Assembly: GCA_965215375.1 (NCBI GenBank)
Contig: CBDCDO010000002.1
Span: 975,685-1,039,684, forward strand
DNA length: 64,000 nt
Direction of reading: 5' to 3'
Source of the DNA: Dehalococcoidia bacterium
GTDB taxonomy: Bacteria; Chloroflexota; Dehalococcoidia; Bin125
Made by a program: the position numbers and the translations under genes. Below are positions 30,073-39,982 of the stretch, piece by piece. Numbering within the stretch: the stretch's first letter is position 1; each line of letters starts with the position of its first letter. The notes under the pieces were generated by a model that saw only the letters and a list, made by a program, of their open reading frames with translations, was not told where the DNA came from and searched no databases.

Positions 30073-31554
30073 GTGCGCGGCGTGGGCGGAGCATTGACGA
30101 GTCCCTTCCGCCTCGTGTTTGGCGGCGCTTGGCGGGCGACCTTCGGTACTCGGCGGTCGCTCAGCATTGTGGTCACGTTGACGATCGTCGCCTTTGCGGT
30201 GGGCTTTGCTTCAAACTATTGGCTCCCCCAGCGACTGGGCTACACGCTGCTCTTCGGCCTGATCCTGGCCGGACTCTGGACCTGGTCTTCGGGACGAGGC
30301 GTTCGGGTACGGATGTCCCGCTCCCGCGATCGCGTGCAGGCGGGCGAGTCGATCGTCGAGCGCTTTGAGGTGATCAACGACTCTGGCATCCCCAAGCTCT
30401 GGTTGGAGGTCGAGGAGACCTCGGACCTGCCTGGTCACACGGCACAATTCGTGACGTCGCTGAGTCGAGTGAGCCATCGCAACTGGCGAGTGCAAACCGA
30501 ATGCGGCCGACGGGGTCTCTACAACCTCGGACCGATCACCGTGCGGAGCTCCGATCCGTTTGACATTTTCCACCGCGAACTGCGGTTCGGACACCGACGC
30601 GGTCTGGTCGTCTATCCGCGAGCACTTGAGCTGCCTCGGTACTCAGCTCCACCGGCCAACCTGCCCGGCGAGGGTCGCTTCCGTCGACGCACCCACTACG
30701 TCACGCCCAACGCGTCTGGCATCCGTGACTATGAAGCGGGCGACTCGGTCAACCGCATTCACTGGAAGAGCAGCCTGCGCACGGGATCGCTCAAGGTGAA
30801 GACCTTCGAGCTCGACCCTGCCTCGCACCTGTGGGTGATCCTCGACCTGTCCAGTCAGGATCACATGGGCAGTGGTGACGATGCGTCGATCGAGACCGCG
30901 GTCACGGTCGCCGCTTCGGTGGTGCGACTGTTCATCAACCAGAACCGCTCGGTCGGACTGATGATGTTCGGCGACCGCCTCGATGTGATCGAGCCCGACC
31001 GCGGATCACAGCACTTCGGTCGCATTTTGGAGTCGCTCGCGGTCGCCCAACCGGTCGGCACCGTTCCGGTCGCGTCGATTCTCTACCAGCAGTCGCGACG
31101 CTGGGGTCGACACACGACGGTGATCGTGATCACCGCCTCGACCGATCCACGTTGGCAGGGAGCGATCCGCACGCTCACCCAACGCGGGGTCAAGGCAGCG
31201 GTGGCACTGCTCGATCTCGATTCGTGGGGCGGTCGATCCGGCGCGGCCGCGACAGCGGTCGAGCTTCGTGCACTCGGCGTGCAGGTGAATCTGATTCGCA
31301 AGGGTGACCACATCCCGTCGGTGATGGTTGGGCAGATTCCTGGTGGACCGGTGGCCTCGGCCGCAGCGCTCGCCGACCTTGCCGCATCCGAATCCAACGG
31401 CGCCAATGGTGGTGGCGGGGTGCCGGCCGCGCAGTCCAATATGGAGATGGAAGAGGTGCTGTCCGAGTCGGCCTGGAGTGAAGGCGGAAGCGCCGCTCCC
31501 AGCGAGGCTGCGGATGGCGCGAAGTCGCCGAGTGAAGGGACACCGGTCCCATGA
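30073..31554 (+). CDS. DUF58 (vWA-like) protein
   Basis: 493 aa; N-terminal TM pair; DUF58 core (IRDYEAGDSVNRIHWKSSLRTGSLKVKTFE); C-terminal Ala/Gly-rich tail. Confidence 0.8.
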   Translation: MRGVGGALTSPFRLVFGGAWRATFGTRRSLSIVVTLTIVAFAVGFASNYWLPQRLGYTLLFGLILAGLWTWSSGRGVRVRMSRSRDRVQAGESIVERFEVINDSGIPKLWLEVEETSDLPGHTAQFVTSLSRVSHRNWRVQTECGRRGLYNLGPITVRSSDPFDIFHRELRFGHRRGLVVYPRALELPRYSAPPANLPGEGRFRRRTHYVTPNASGIRDYEAGDSVNRIHWKSSLRTGSLKVKTFELDPASHLWVILDLSSQDHMGSGDDASIETAVTVAASVVRLFINQNRSVGLMMFGDRLDVIEPDRGSQHFGRILESLAVAQPVGTVPVASILYQQSRRWGRHTTVIVITASTDPRWQGAIRTLTQRGVKAAVALLDLDSWGGRSGAAATAVELRALGVQVNLIRKGDHIPSVMVGQIPGGPVASAAALADLAASESNGANGGGGVPAAQSNMEMEEVLSESAWSEGGSAAPSEAADGAKSPSEGTPVP

Positions 31555-34406
31555 GCGCCAGAACGCCAAACGACGGATCGACCGAGCCCACGACGGTCGT
31601 CGCCGAGGCCGAGCGCCGCTTCTTCGCCCGACGCAGCGGTAGTAGCGAGACGTTGGTGGTCTCGGGACAGCAACGTCGGATGACCATGGGGCAACGAACC
31701 CTCGAGACGACGATCACGTTTGGTATTCTGCTGCTCGTCGCGCTCTCGACCGCGAACAGCATCTACATCGCCGGTTGGGTCGAAGAGATGCCCGACCTGC
31801 GGATCACCGCAATCGTGGCTGTGCTCCTGTCGGTCGGGTTAGGGGGCGTCAGGTGGCTGCGCTGGCCGTTCGCGATGGTGATCGGTGTGCTCGTCGGCGG
31901 ACTGCTGATCATGGCGCAGATCACCCAGCTCGAGACGCTCGGTGGTCAGCCGTTGTTCTGGGACCGATTCATCGACTTTGGCTACCGCTTCGAGGATTGG
32001 TTCCGCCAAGCGTTCAGCGCTGGTCTGACCACCGACAATCTGCCGTTCGTCTTCTTCACCGATGTCTTCGTCTTCATCGCAGCGTTTCTTGGTGGCTACG
32101 CGGTCATGCGCTGGCGCAATGCGTGGGTGGCGATGATTCTGCTCGGAGCGCTCCTCGCGGTGAACGTGTCCTACCTCTCCGACCGACAGTGGAACCTCTC
32201 GTACGGATTCTTCCTGACCGGCTCGATGCTGCTGCTGATGCGCGCCTCGCTGCTGCGTCGGATGGATCGCTGGCGAGCACAAGGCTCGGCCTATCCCGAC
32301 TGGATCTCGCTCTCGTTCCTCGGCGCCACGATGATCGCGATCGTGCTGCTGCTCACGCTCTCGCGGGCGATCCCGCGACCGGATGAGTCGCAAGCGCTCG
32401 AGGACGCCTGGTCAACGATCGCTGAACCCTTCGACGGTCTGAACGATGACTTCCGCCGCATATTCAGCGGGATCGATTCCCGTCGCGGGGTGCCGGTGCA
32501 CTCGTTTGACGACTTCCTCGTGCTGCAGGGCGATGTCGATCCGGGCGACGCCATCGTGATGCGCGCCGCTGCCACTGAGTCGGGCCTGCTCCGCGGTGCG
32601 GCGTATGACGAATACACCGGACGCGGTTGGCGACAGTCGCCGTCGGTCCCGCGGAGCGTTCCTGAGCTGCAACCGATCAGCGGCGCGGCGGCGGCGGACG
32701 ACACCTCGGTCCAGAACGAAGAGTCGGTGGTGATCAGTGAATATCTCGACCGTCGGCCCGTGGCGGCACAGATCTCGGTCGAGAAGCCGCCGGCGGTGAT
32801 GTTCTCCTTCGGCGCGCCCGTGATCGCGAACAAGGACACGAGAGTCGACACTCTGGCCGCGGTCGACTTCAGTGTCGATTTTGCCGCAACCGAGCGCTTC
32901 GCAGGCACCGATCTCGAACCCGCGCTGGCCGCGATCAGCGATCGTATCGATGCAGGGAACGAGGATCTCGAAGACGATATCGAAGTGCCGTCGCCCGATG
33001 AGGTCGCGTCCTATGTGCCCGCTCAATACACGCTGATTGACGTCACGATCGACTCCAAGAGTGGCGCGCCGACCGGTCTGCAACTGCGCTCGGTCCCCGA
33101 GGAGACGGACGTGCTCTCGCTGCGACCGGCCCAGAGCCGCGTGCGGGCTGGCTATACATATCAGATCACTGGCACGGTCTCGGGCGCGAATGAGGCGACG
33201 CTCGCCGCCGCTGGTCACGATTACCCGCTCTGGGTCAGCGAGACCTTCCTCCAGCTACCCGACTACGAAGAGGAAGAGCTCGCCAACCTCTCCAGCTTCA
33301 TGCACACGATTGCGCGGAGCTTCCGACTCGGGCCCGACCCGCTGCGCGACGACCGCGGATACAACCCATACGCAATCGCGTCCGCGGTCGAGACGTATCT
33401 GCGCTCGGCTCCCGCAGTCGATGAGGGCGGACAGATCGTTCGCGATGACGACGGCGAGCCGGTCCTCTTGTTCCCGCTCACAACCGACATCGAGCTGCCG
33501 CCAGCGAAGTCGGACGCGGTCTACTGGTTCCTGTTCGAGAACGAGGAGGACGGTCAGCCGGTCGGCGGCTATTACGACTACCACGCCTCGGCGATGGCGG
33601 TCCTGCTGCGCGTGGCCGGCGTGCCCGCTCGGATTGCGACGGGGTTCGTTCTGGGGCCGAACAACTTCGACGATCGCACCCAGAACTACGTCGTGCGCGG
33701 TCACGACTCCTACGCCTGGGTCGAGGTCTACTTCCCGGAGTACGGCTGGGTCGATTTCGACCCGACGCCGAGCGCGTCGGCTGATGAAGCATTGGCTTCC
33801 ATCGCCGGTGGCGGCGCTGGCGGACGACGGATCGCCGCGCAACGCCTGAGCACACCGAGATTCGATCTGCGGCCGGGCGCCGGCGGACCCTCACTGGCTG
33901 ACGTCGTTCTCGACGACATCCTGCAGTATCTCGCGGCAGGCACGCTGCCTGGCGAGAGTCAGCCGTTCGAGCAACGTGCGAGTCAGTGGTACTGGCTCGG
34001 ACCGGTGATCGGCATCGCCACGATCGTTGGCCTCGCATCCGTCTTCTGGCTTTCCTGGACGATCTCGCTGCGGGGCCTGGAGCCGACGGCCCGACTGTGG
34101 GTCTCGACCGCACGATTGGCGCGCTGGATCGGTGTGCGGGCCGATCCGTCGACCACGCCGCAGGAACACGCGCGACAGATCGATGAGCTGCTCGGTCTGG
34201 GCGATCTCGCCACGAGCTTGGCCGATCACTACGCGGCCACGAGATTCGGTCGGAAAACGCTGAACGACGAGGAGCGCGAAGAGACCAATCAAGCCTGGAA
34301 GCGCCTACGGATGGGTCTGATTCGCCACACCATCCGCGTGCCGGTCAAGCCCGCGCCACAAATCGAAGATGAGTTCGACGCCGCACCAGCCCCCGCAGGC
34401 GACTGA
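31551..34406 (+). CDS. Transglutaminase-like membrane protein (TgpA-like) with Cys-to-Tyr at catalytic position
   Basis: 951 aa; N-terminal multi-TM domain; core GGYYDYHASAMAVLLRVAGVPARIATGF...GHDSYAWVEVYFPEYGWVDFDPT; ATGA overlap with DUF58 gene. Confidence 0.8.
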   Translation: MSARTPNDGSTEPTTVVAEAERRFFARRSGSSETLVVSGQQRRMTMGQRTLETTITFGILLLVALSTANSIYIAGWVEEMPDLRITAIVAVLLSVGLGGVRWLRWPFAMVIGVLVGGLLIMAQITQLETLGGQPLFWDRFIDFGYRFEDWFRQAFSAGLTTDNLPFVFFTDVFVFIAAFLGGYAVMRWRNAWVAMILLGALLAVNVSYLSDRQWNLSYGFFLTGSMLLLMRASLLRRMDRWRAQGSAYPDWISLSFLGATMIAIVLLLTLSRAIPRPDESQALEDAWSTIAEPFDGLNDDFRRIFSGIDSRRGVPVHSFDDFLVLQGDVDPGDAIVMRAAATESGLLRGAAYDEYTGRGWRQSPSVPRSVPELQPISGAAAADDTSVQNEESVVISEYLDRRPVAAQISVEKPPAVMFSFGAPVIANKDTRVDTLAAVDFSVDFAATERFAGTDLEPALAAISDRIDAGNEDLEDDIEVPSPDEVASYVPAQYTLIDVTIDSKSGAPTGLQLRSVPEETDVLSLRPAQSRVRAGYTYQITGTVSGANEATLAAAGHDYPLWVSETFLQLPDYEEEELANLSSFMHTIARSFRLGPDPLRDDRGYNPYAIASAVETYLRSAPAVDEGGQIVRDDDGEPVLLFPLTTDIELPPAKSDAVYWFLFENEEDGQPVGGYYDYHASAMAVLLRVAGVPARIATGFVLGPNNFDDRTQNYVVRGHDSYAWVEVYFPEYGWVDFDPTPSASADEALASIAGGGAGGRRIAAQRLSTPRFDLRPGAGGPSLADVVLDDILQYLAAGTLPGESQPFEQRASQWYWLGPVIGIATIVGLASVFWLSWTISLRGLEPTARLWVSTARLARWIGVRADPSTTPQEHARQIDELLGLGDLATSLADHYAATRFGRKTLNDEEREETNQAWKRLRMGLIRHTIRVPVKPAPQIEDEFDAAPAPAGD

Positions 34407-34428
34407 TCGAGGGTTGGAGTCCACCAAC

Positions 34429-34570
34429 TCCGTCATTCCTGCGCGCCACGCTCCGTCATTCCTGCGCGCAGCGCGGGAATCTCGATCCTTGCGGTCTGCC
34501 TGATGTGCTCCTGTTGACGTTTCAGCCGCGTCGACGTTGGTGCTGGCCTCGGCGGGGCGCGGGTATGACG
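34429..34570. repeat. Family-A palindromic dispersed repeat
   Basis: CCGTCATTCCTGCGCGCAGCGCGGGAATCTCGATCC...GGCGCGGGTATGACG; same architecture as 5588-5720. Confidence 0.6.
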
Positions 34571-34639
34571 TAGTGATTTGTTTCGGCGGGTGTGACGATT
34601 GCTGCGCAGGTTCGACGATGTCGGGCTTATCCTGTTGGT

Positions 34640-35476
34640 ATGGCTCGCTCTTCTGAGATTGCACTTGCTTTGCTGACTGCTGCCCGCGAGGGGCCGGCGG
34701 TTGCTTCTTGCACCTTGATGGGCGCAACCGACGGTGTTGATGTCGAGGTCGGCGCGAAGATGCTCGTCTATGCGGGTGACGTTCTCGGCGACATTGGCGG
34801 CGGACCCTTGGAAGCGGCGGTCACCGAGTTCGCTCGCTCCGCCATCCCGAAGCACCTCGTCCAGACCTGCGCATTTTCTCCCGACGGCGAAATGATCGAA
34901 GGGCGACGCGCCATTGAATCGGCCGATGCCATCGTTGAAGTCCTCGTTGAGGTGGTCGAGCCGGCGGCGACGCTCCTCGTCGTCGGCGGTGGACACGTGG
35001 GCCTTGCCGTGGGACAGCTCGGTGCGATGCTCGGTATGGAGGTCGCGATCATTGACGACCGCGAGGACTACGCCAATGAGGAGCGATTCCCCTACGAGGC
35101 AAATGTCATCTGTGGCGACTTCGGCGAGGAACTCGAGCGCTTCCCGATTTCGGCCAACACCTACATCGTCCTGGTTTCGCGCGGACACAAGGTCGACGAG
35201 CTGGCGCTGCGAGCTGTCGCCGAGCGCGGAGCGGGCTACGTCGGCATGATCGGCTCCAAGCGACGCACCCGTACCGTCTTGCAACATCTCGCCGAAGAGG
35301 GGATCGACCACGACGCGCTGAACCGCATCTTCACGCCGATCGGGCTCGATATCGGCGCCGAGACGCCGGAGGAGATTGCGGTGTCGGTCCTGGGCGAGAT
35401 TGTGCTCGTCCGACGCGGTGGTGATGCTCAGCCGATGTCGGACTATGGCCGAAGCATTGCCACAACGCATCGCTAA
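34640..35476 (+). CDS. XdhC/CoxI-family accessory protein (full length; start uncertain 34592-34640)
   Basis: N-terminal XdhC_CoxI-like segment plus Rossmann XdhC_C (LLVVGGGHVGLAVGQLGAMLGMEVAIIDDRE). Confidence 0.7.
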   Translation: MARSSEIALALLTAAREGPAVASCTLMGATDGVDVEVGAKMLVYAGDVLGDIGGGPLEAAVTEFARSAIPKHLVQTCAFSPDGEMIEGRRAIESADAIVEVLVEVVEPAATLLVVGGGHVGLAVGQLGAMLGMEVAIIDDREDYANEERFPYEANVICGDFGEELERFPISANTYIVLVSRGHKVDELALRAVAERGAGYVGMIGSKRRTRTVLQHLAEEGIDHDALNRIFTPIGLDIGAETPEEIAVSVLGEIVLVRRGGDAQPMSDYGRSIATTHR

Positions 35477-35479
35477 ACT

Positions 35480-35560
35480 GAGAGCGATCATGTTGCTCCC
35501 CCTCGCAGGGGGAGCTGCCACGAAGCGGCTGCGGGGGTCCCCCTCACTGCGCGGTGACGG
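35480..35560. repeat. Family-B hairpin repeat (short)
   Basis: CTCCCCCTCGCAGGGGGAGCTG and CTGCGGGGGTCCCCC. Confidence 0.4.
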
Positions 35561-35578
35561 AAACTGGAGTAACGAGCA

Positions 35579-35896
35579 ATGCCACACGACGAGGTCTACG
35601 AAGCGATGTCCAGCTCGTTCGAGCGAGGCGCACCTGTGGCTCTGGCGACCGTCGCCCAAACGCTGGGCTCGACACCGCGCAAGACCGGCGCCAAGATGCT
35701 CGTCCGCGAGGATGGGACGTTCGTCGGGACGATCGGTGGCGGCTGCGGCGAAGCGGAAGTCTGGCAAGAGGCGATGGACGCCCTCGACGACGGCGACGCG
35801 CGCATGGTCACGGTCGACCTGACCGAGCCCGTCGATGGCGAGGACAAAATCTGCGGCGGAATCATGCGCATTTTCGTCGAGCGCCTGGAGGCGTAA
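35579..35896 (+). CDS. Stand-alone XdhC_CoxI N-terminal domain protein
   Basis: 105 aa; LATVAQTLGSTPRKTGAKMLVREDGTFVGTIGGGCGEAEV. Confidence 0.65.
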   Translation: MPHDEVYEAMSSSFERGAPVALATVAQTLGSTPRKTGAKMLVREDGTFVGTIGGGCGEAEVWQEAMDALDDGDARMVTVDLTEPVDGEDKICGGIMRIFVERLEA

Positions 35897-36102
35897 GGCG
35901 TCTCAAGCAACCGCGTCGGCGTTGATGACATGGCGAAATCTCGCCATAACGCGTCACACAATGCGGACAACACTGATAAGCTAGGAACCAGCCGCCTGTA
36001 CCGGGCCTCGTACCGCTCGTCCGCGGAGGAGGTAGACCGAGGCGACACGCCGCCCCAAGGATCGGCGTGCGCTCAGCGCCGGCGGCACAGCGGGAGTTCG
36101 GT

Positions 36103-36333
36103 ATGGCACTGATTGGCTTTGGTCCGGTCGAAGCGATTGTCGTCGTGGTCGTGGTCCTAGTCGTCTTTGGCGCCGGTCGGTTGGCCGGTGTCGGCAAGGC
36201 GCTCGGGACCGGTCTGCGAGAGTTCCGCGAGGAAGCGCGTGGCCCCGAGGGGGACGACTCCGGTGACACCGATGAAGTCGCCGTCGCCTCAGGCGCGGCG
36301 GATGACGAAGACAAGTCGTCGGCCTCACGCTGA
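36103..36333 (+). CDS. tatA: Twin-arginine translocase subunit TatA/E
   Basis: MALIGFGPVEAIVVVVVVLVVFGAGRLAGVGKALGTGLREFRE followed by acidic tail. Confidence 0.85.
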   Translation: MALIGFGPVEAIVVVVVVLVVFGAGRLAGVGKALGTGLREFREEARGPEGDDSGDTDEVAVASGAADDEDKSSASR

Positions 36334-36363
36334 CGTCTCGACGTTCGCACTGACACATCAGCC

Positions 36364-37122
36364 TTGGCTCTGCTTCGCGCCGTCGCCCTCGACCTCTGGG
36401 GCACGCTAATCGTCGATGCTCCCGGTGGAGGTCGACGGCGAATGCGCCGTCGGGAATCCCGGCTCACCCAAGCGTACGAACGAGCCGGCGCCGGACACGG
36501 CGCCGCTGAGGCGGTGCCTCGCGCGATTCGCCACGCGATCGATGCCCTCGTCGTCGCGCACCAGTCCAACATCGACCTCTCGGGCACGGATCGCGTGAAC
36601 GCGGTCCGCGAGTCGATGCTTGAGCAGTGTCCCGACACCGTCGAGGACGACGCTCTTCTGGCGGAGCTCGAAGGTGCCGTTTGCGAGAGCGCCAGCTGGG
36701 AGCCGCCCGACATCATCGACGGCGTTGAGTCCGAGCTGGAGTCGCTTAGGCAGCGAGGCCTGAGTCTCGCAGTCGTCTCCAATACGGGGCTGGCACCGGG
36801 ACGGTACGTCGAGCGCGCGCTGCTCGCGCGAGGATTCGGACGCTGGATCGATCACTGGATCTGGTCCGACGACGTGCGCAGCTGGAAGCCGGGCCAGCCC
36901 ATTTTCGAGGCGACCCTCAGCACGATCGGCGTGGAAGCCGCACAGAGCGCATTCGTGGGCGACACGCCCGAGGCCGACATCCTCGGCTCCCGCCACGCGG
37001 GCTTCGCCGTCTCGGTGCTCGTCGGCGACAAGCAAGACCCAGCGATCGCACCCGACATCGCGCTGCCATCAATCAAGGGTCTCACCGAGGCACTGACTGC
37101 GCAGGGTCACCTGCCGACGTGA
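36364..37122 (+). CDS. HAD-superfamily hydrolase
   Basis: Motif I ALDLWGTLI; 252 aa. Confidence 0.75.
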   Translation: MALLRAVALDLWGTLIVDAPGGGRRRMRRRESRLTQAYERAGAGHGAAEAVPRAIRHAIDALVVAHQSNIDLSGTDRVNAVRESMLEQCPDTVEDDALLAELEGAVCESASWEPPDIIDGVESELESLRQRGLSLAVVSNTGLAPGRYVERALLARGFGRWIDHWIWSDDVRSWKPGQPIFEATLSTIGVEAAQSAFVGDTPEADILGSRHAGFAVSVLVGDKQDPAIAPDIALPSIKGLTEALTAQGHLPT

Positions 37123-37169
37123 GTTCGTCTCGGACGGCCTCTGACGTATGGAGGCTGTTGGACGTTTGT

Positions 37170-37440
37170 TATCCCCGCGCTGAGACCAGTGCGTAGGTTG
37201 TGATCTGAAAGAGCTCCCCCTCTGGTGAGCTGGCGCGAAGCGCCTGAGGGGGCCCGCCAGCGCGACGACCAGAGCAGGTGCAGACCCCCGCATTCGCGGG
37301 GGAATTGCATCTTGGTGTGCCTGCGCTTCTCCGACGACCCACCTCGACATGGACCATCGGCCGGCCGAGCGGGCTCCACGCATTCGCGGAGGAACTACGT
37401 TTGGACGAGGACTGCGTCTAGACCATAGGTTTGCGCAGAA
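37170..37440. repeat. Family-B GC-rich hairpin repeat block
   Basis: CTCCCCCTCTGG..CCTGAGGGGG, CCCCCGCATTCGCGGGGG, CCACGCATTCGCGGAGG motifs. Confidence 0.5.
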
Positions 37441-37726
37441 TGGCCTTGGCGACCTGCTCTGGCGACTTCGTGGTTGGCGGAATCATTGGCTTACGTGGCA
37501 TTAGAGCTTCCCCCGGATTTCTTCAAGAATGCCCTCGATCTTTTCGAGCCTGTCCTCGATGCGGGTGAAGCGATCTGAGCCATCGTCATCAGGGGTGAAA
37601 TACTCGATAATCCAGGCAACATCACCACGAATCACATGAATGCTCTGTTCTATTAGGGCCTGTTCACTCTAATCGGGGCTTGTGTCAGAGTTAGGGGAAC
37701 GGTCTGGCGGCCGGGCCAATGGGAAT

Positions 37727-38134
37727 ATGCAACTCACCGATGCACAGTGGGCGCGGATCGCGCCGCTCATGCCGACACCGCGCGGAAACTGCAATCTACC
37801 CTCGCGACAGGTGCTGGATGGTTGGTTGTTCGTGACCAAGGAGGGCTGTAGCTGGCGTGCCTTACCCGAGCGTTTCGGTCCTTGGCACACGGTGTACATA
37901 CGCGGACGTCGCTGGATCGACAAAGGCGTGCTGGAACGCGTCTTCGCCGAGCTGCAGCTGGTCGAACTGGAGGCGCAGCTCGAGCAAGCTGAGCCAGACC
38001 GACCGCTGCGAATGTCGATCGACAGCACGAGCGTGAAGGTCCATCAGGACGGGACGGGAGCACCCACCAAAAGGGGCGCCAGGCGATCGGACGCTCGCGT
38101 AGCCTGTCCCCGGCTTGACCGGGGAGAGGTCTGA
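37727..38134 (+). CDS. IS5-family transposase OrfA (N-terminal part, upstream of programmed frameshift)
   Basis: MQLTDAQWARIAPLMP...GWLFVTKEGCSWRALPERFGPWHTVY; candidate slippery site CCAAAAGGGG near 38077. Confidence 0.8.
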   Translation: MQLTDAQWARIAPLMPTPRGNCNLPSRQVLDGWLFVTKEGCSWRALPERFGPWHTVYIRGRRWIDKGVLERVFAELQLVELEAQLEQAEPDRPLRMSIDSTSVKVHQDGTGAPTKRGARRSDARVACPRLDRGEV

Positions 38135-38154
38135 CGACGAAGCTGCACGCCATC

Positions 38155-38529
38155 GTGCTGGAAGACCGCCTCCCGCTGATCATGACCCTGACGCCGGGCC
38201 ACTGGAGCGATGCGCCCTGGGGACGCTGGCTGCTGGAGCGGCTCGGCCCCGTATCTGGTCAGCCGCAACTGCTCGCCGACCGCGCCTATGAGGGCGATGC
38301 GATGCGCGCGCTGGCCGCCGAACTCGGCTGGGAGTTAGTCACGCCGCCAAAGTCGAATCGCCGCAAGCCCTGGGCGCTGAACCGCGTCGTCTATCGCGCC
38401 CGCAACGCGATCGAACGCTACTTCGGCCGCATCAAACGGCTGCGCGGGATCGCCATTCGCTACCACAAACTCGCCCACGTCTACTTCAACCAGATCCTCC
38501 TCGCCTGCATCCACTTCATCACGAAATAG
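38155..38529 (+). CDS. IS5-family transposase OrfB (DDE part)
   Basis: LLADRAYEGDAMRALAAELGWELVTPPKSNRRKPW..YRARNAIERYFGRIKRLRGIAIRYHK, DDE_Tnp_1-like. Confidence 0.8.
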   Translation: MLEDRLPLIMTLTPGHWSDAPWGRWLLERLGPVSGQPQLLADRAYEGDAMRALAAELGWELVTPPKSNRRKPWALNRVVYRARNAIERYFGRIKRLRGIAIRYHKLAHVYFNQILLACIHFITK

Positions 38530-38760
38530 AGTGAACAGGCCCTAGTTCATGCGCCTTCTGATGCGAAGAACTTGTGGCGGTCGTCTTCCAGGTTCCCTCT
38601 CCTGATTCGTTGTTCCGAACTGCGTCACGATCGCAGTCGCTGATTTACAACCGTTTGCGACCCAAATCCTCGATGCTATCAACCCTCGTTCACCTCCCCT
38701 CGTCACGCATCTGATCCCCTTCGCGGCCCCGAGGCCTTCTCAGACGCATATGCTGAGGAC

Positions 38761-39936
38761 ATGAGCTTTGGTATGTTCGGTGGACCTGGATTTCGGATTG
38801 GTCGCATTTTCGGTATTCCGATCCGACTCGACCTCTCCTTCTTCTTTGTCTTTGCCCTCCTCGTCTACCTGATCGCGACGCAGGTGCTTCCAGATTCGCT
38901 GGACGGACTCGGCGGTGCCGAGCGCTGGTTGTATGGCGTGGTCGGTGGCGTGGTGTACTTCGTCTCGTTGCTGATCCACGAGCTCGCGCACTCGCTGATG
39001 GCTCGCCGATACGGGATGGAAGTGTCGGGGATCACGCTCTTCTTCTTCGGTGGGGTCTCGGTGATCCGCGAGGACTCGCAGCGACCTGGGCAGGAGTTCT
39101 GGATCGCGATCGTCGGTCCGCTCGCTTCGCTCGTGCTTGGTATCGGTTTCGTGCTGCTCGCCCAGTTTGTCTTGGCGGCCGACACCACGCTCAACGACAT
39201 GGTGATGGTGCTCGGTGTCGTCAACTGCTTCCTCGCCGCGTTCAACATGCTGCCCGGATTCCCCCTCGACGGCGGACGCGTGACCCGAGCAGCGATTTGG
39301 CGACTGACCAACTCGCGCCACCGCGCCACTCGGATTGCGGCACGCATCGGACAGGGACTCGGCGCGGTGATGATCGTCTATGGCATCGGCGGAATATTGA
39401 CCGACGCCGCCATTTTCAACAGCGGATTCAACTCGCTCTGGGTGGCGCTGATCGGATTCCTGCTCATCACCCAGGCGTCGCAGGGCGTGAAGGCGGCCGC
39501 GCTCGAGCGCGACCTCTCGGAGCTCCGCGTCGGCGAGTTGATGCTGAAACCACCGATCGCACGGACCGCCGAGGCCGATCTGCCCATCCGTATCCTCGCG
39601 CCGTCCCGCACGCAGCTCGACCAGCAGGATGTCTTCATCGTCGCCGAGCAGGGAACCGCGGTCGGCATCGCCTCGGCGGTGCAGATCTTGCTGCTGGACG
39701 AGGAGCAATACCTCAGCGACTGCCTGCGCGACATCATGCTTCCCGCAGGACAGATCGAATCGCTCGAGCCCAACGCCGGCGCCGACGAAGCGCTGCGACT
39801 CCTTCAGAAAGAGCGCGCGTTCGTCCTTCCCGTGGTCGAGCGCGGTCGCTTGCTCGGCGTGGTGGGCCTCGAGCAGATCATCAAGGCGCTGGGACAGGGA
39901 CCGTCGCCTCGACTGGACCCTTCGAGTGGCGCCTGA
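38761..39936 (+). CDS. M50 (site-2 protease) family metalloprotease with C-terminal CBS pair
   Basis: HELAHSL zinc motif in TM region; C-terminal CBS-like repeats. Confidence 0.8.
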   Translation: MSFGMFGGPGFRIGRIFGIPIRLDLSFFFVFALLVYLIATQVLPDSLDGLGGAERWLYGVVGGVVYFVSLLIHELAHSLMARRYGMEVSGITLFFFGGVSVIREDSQRPGQEFWIAIVGPLASLVLGIGFVLLAQFVLAADTTLNDMVMVLGVVNCFLAAFNMLPGFPLDGGRVTRAAIWRLTNSRHRATRIAARIGQGLGAVMIVYGIGGILTDAAIFNSGFNSLWVALIGFLLITQASQGVKAAALERDLSELRVGELMLKPPIARTAEADLPIRILAPSRTQLDQQDVFIVAEQGTAVGIASAVQILLLDEEQYLSDCLRDIMLPAGQIESLEPNAGADEALRLLQKERAFVLPVVERGRLLGVVGLEQIIKALGQGPSPRLDPSSGA

Positions 39937-39982
39937 GCTGGTCCGAGGCTGAACTCCGAACCTTGGCAGTACAGTCGGAGAC

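Larger units (their letters stand above)
37653..38544 (+). mobile_element. IS5-family (IS427/IS1031-group) insertion sequence, about 892 bp
   Basis: 16-bp terminal inverted repeats GGGCCTGTTCACTCTA (37653) / TAGAGTGAACAGGCCC (38544); flanking TA duplication; two overlapping transposase ORFs in different frames. Confidence 0.85.

Noticed and set aside
34433-35767. 444-aa minus-strand ORF
   Set aside because: Antisense to xdhC genes; Arg-rich low-complexity translation; starts inside a repeat.
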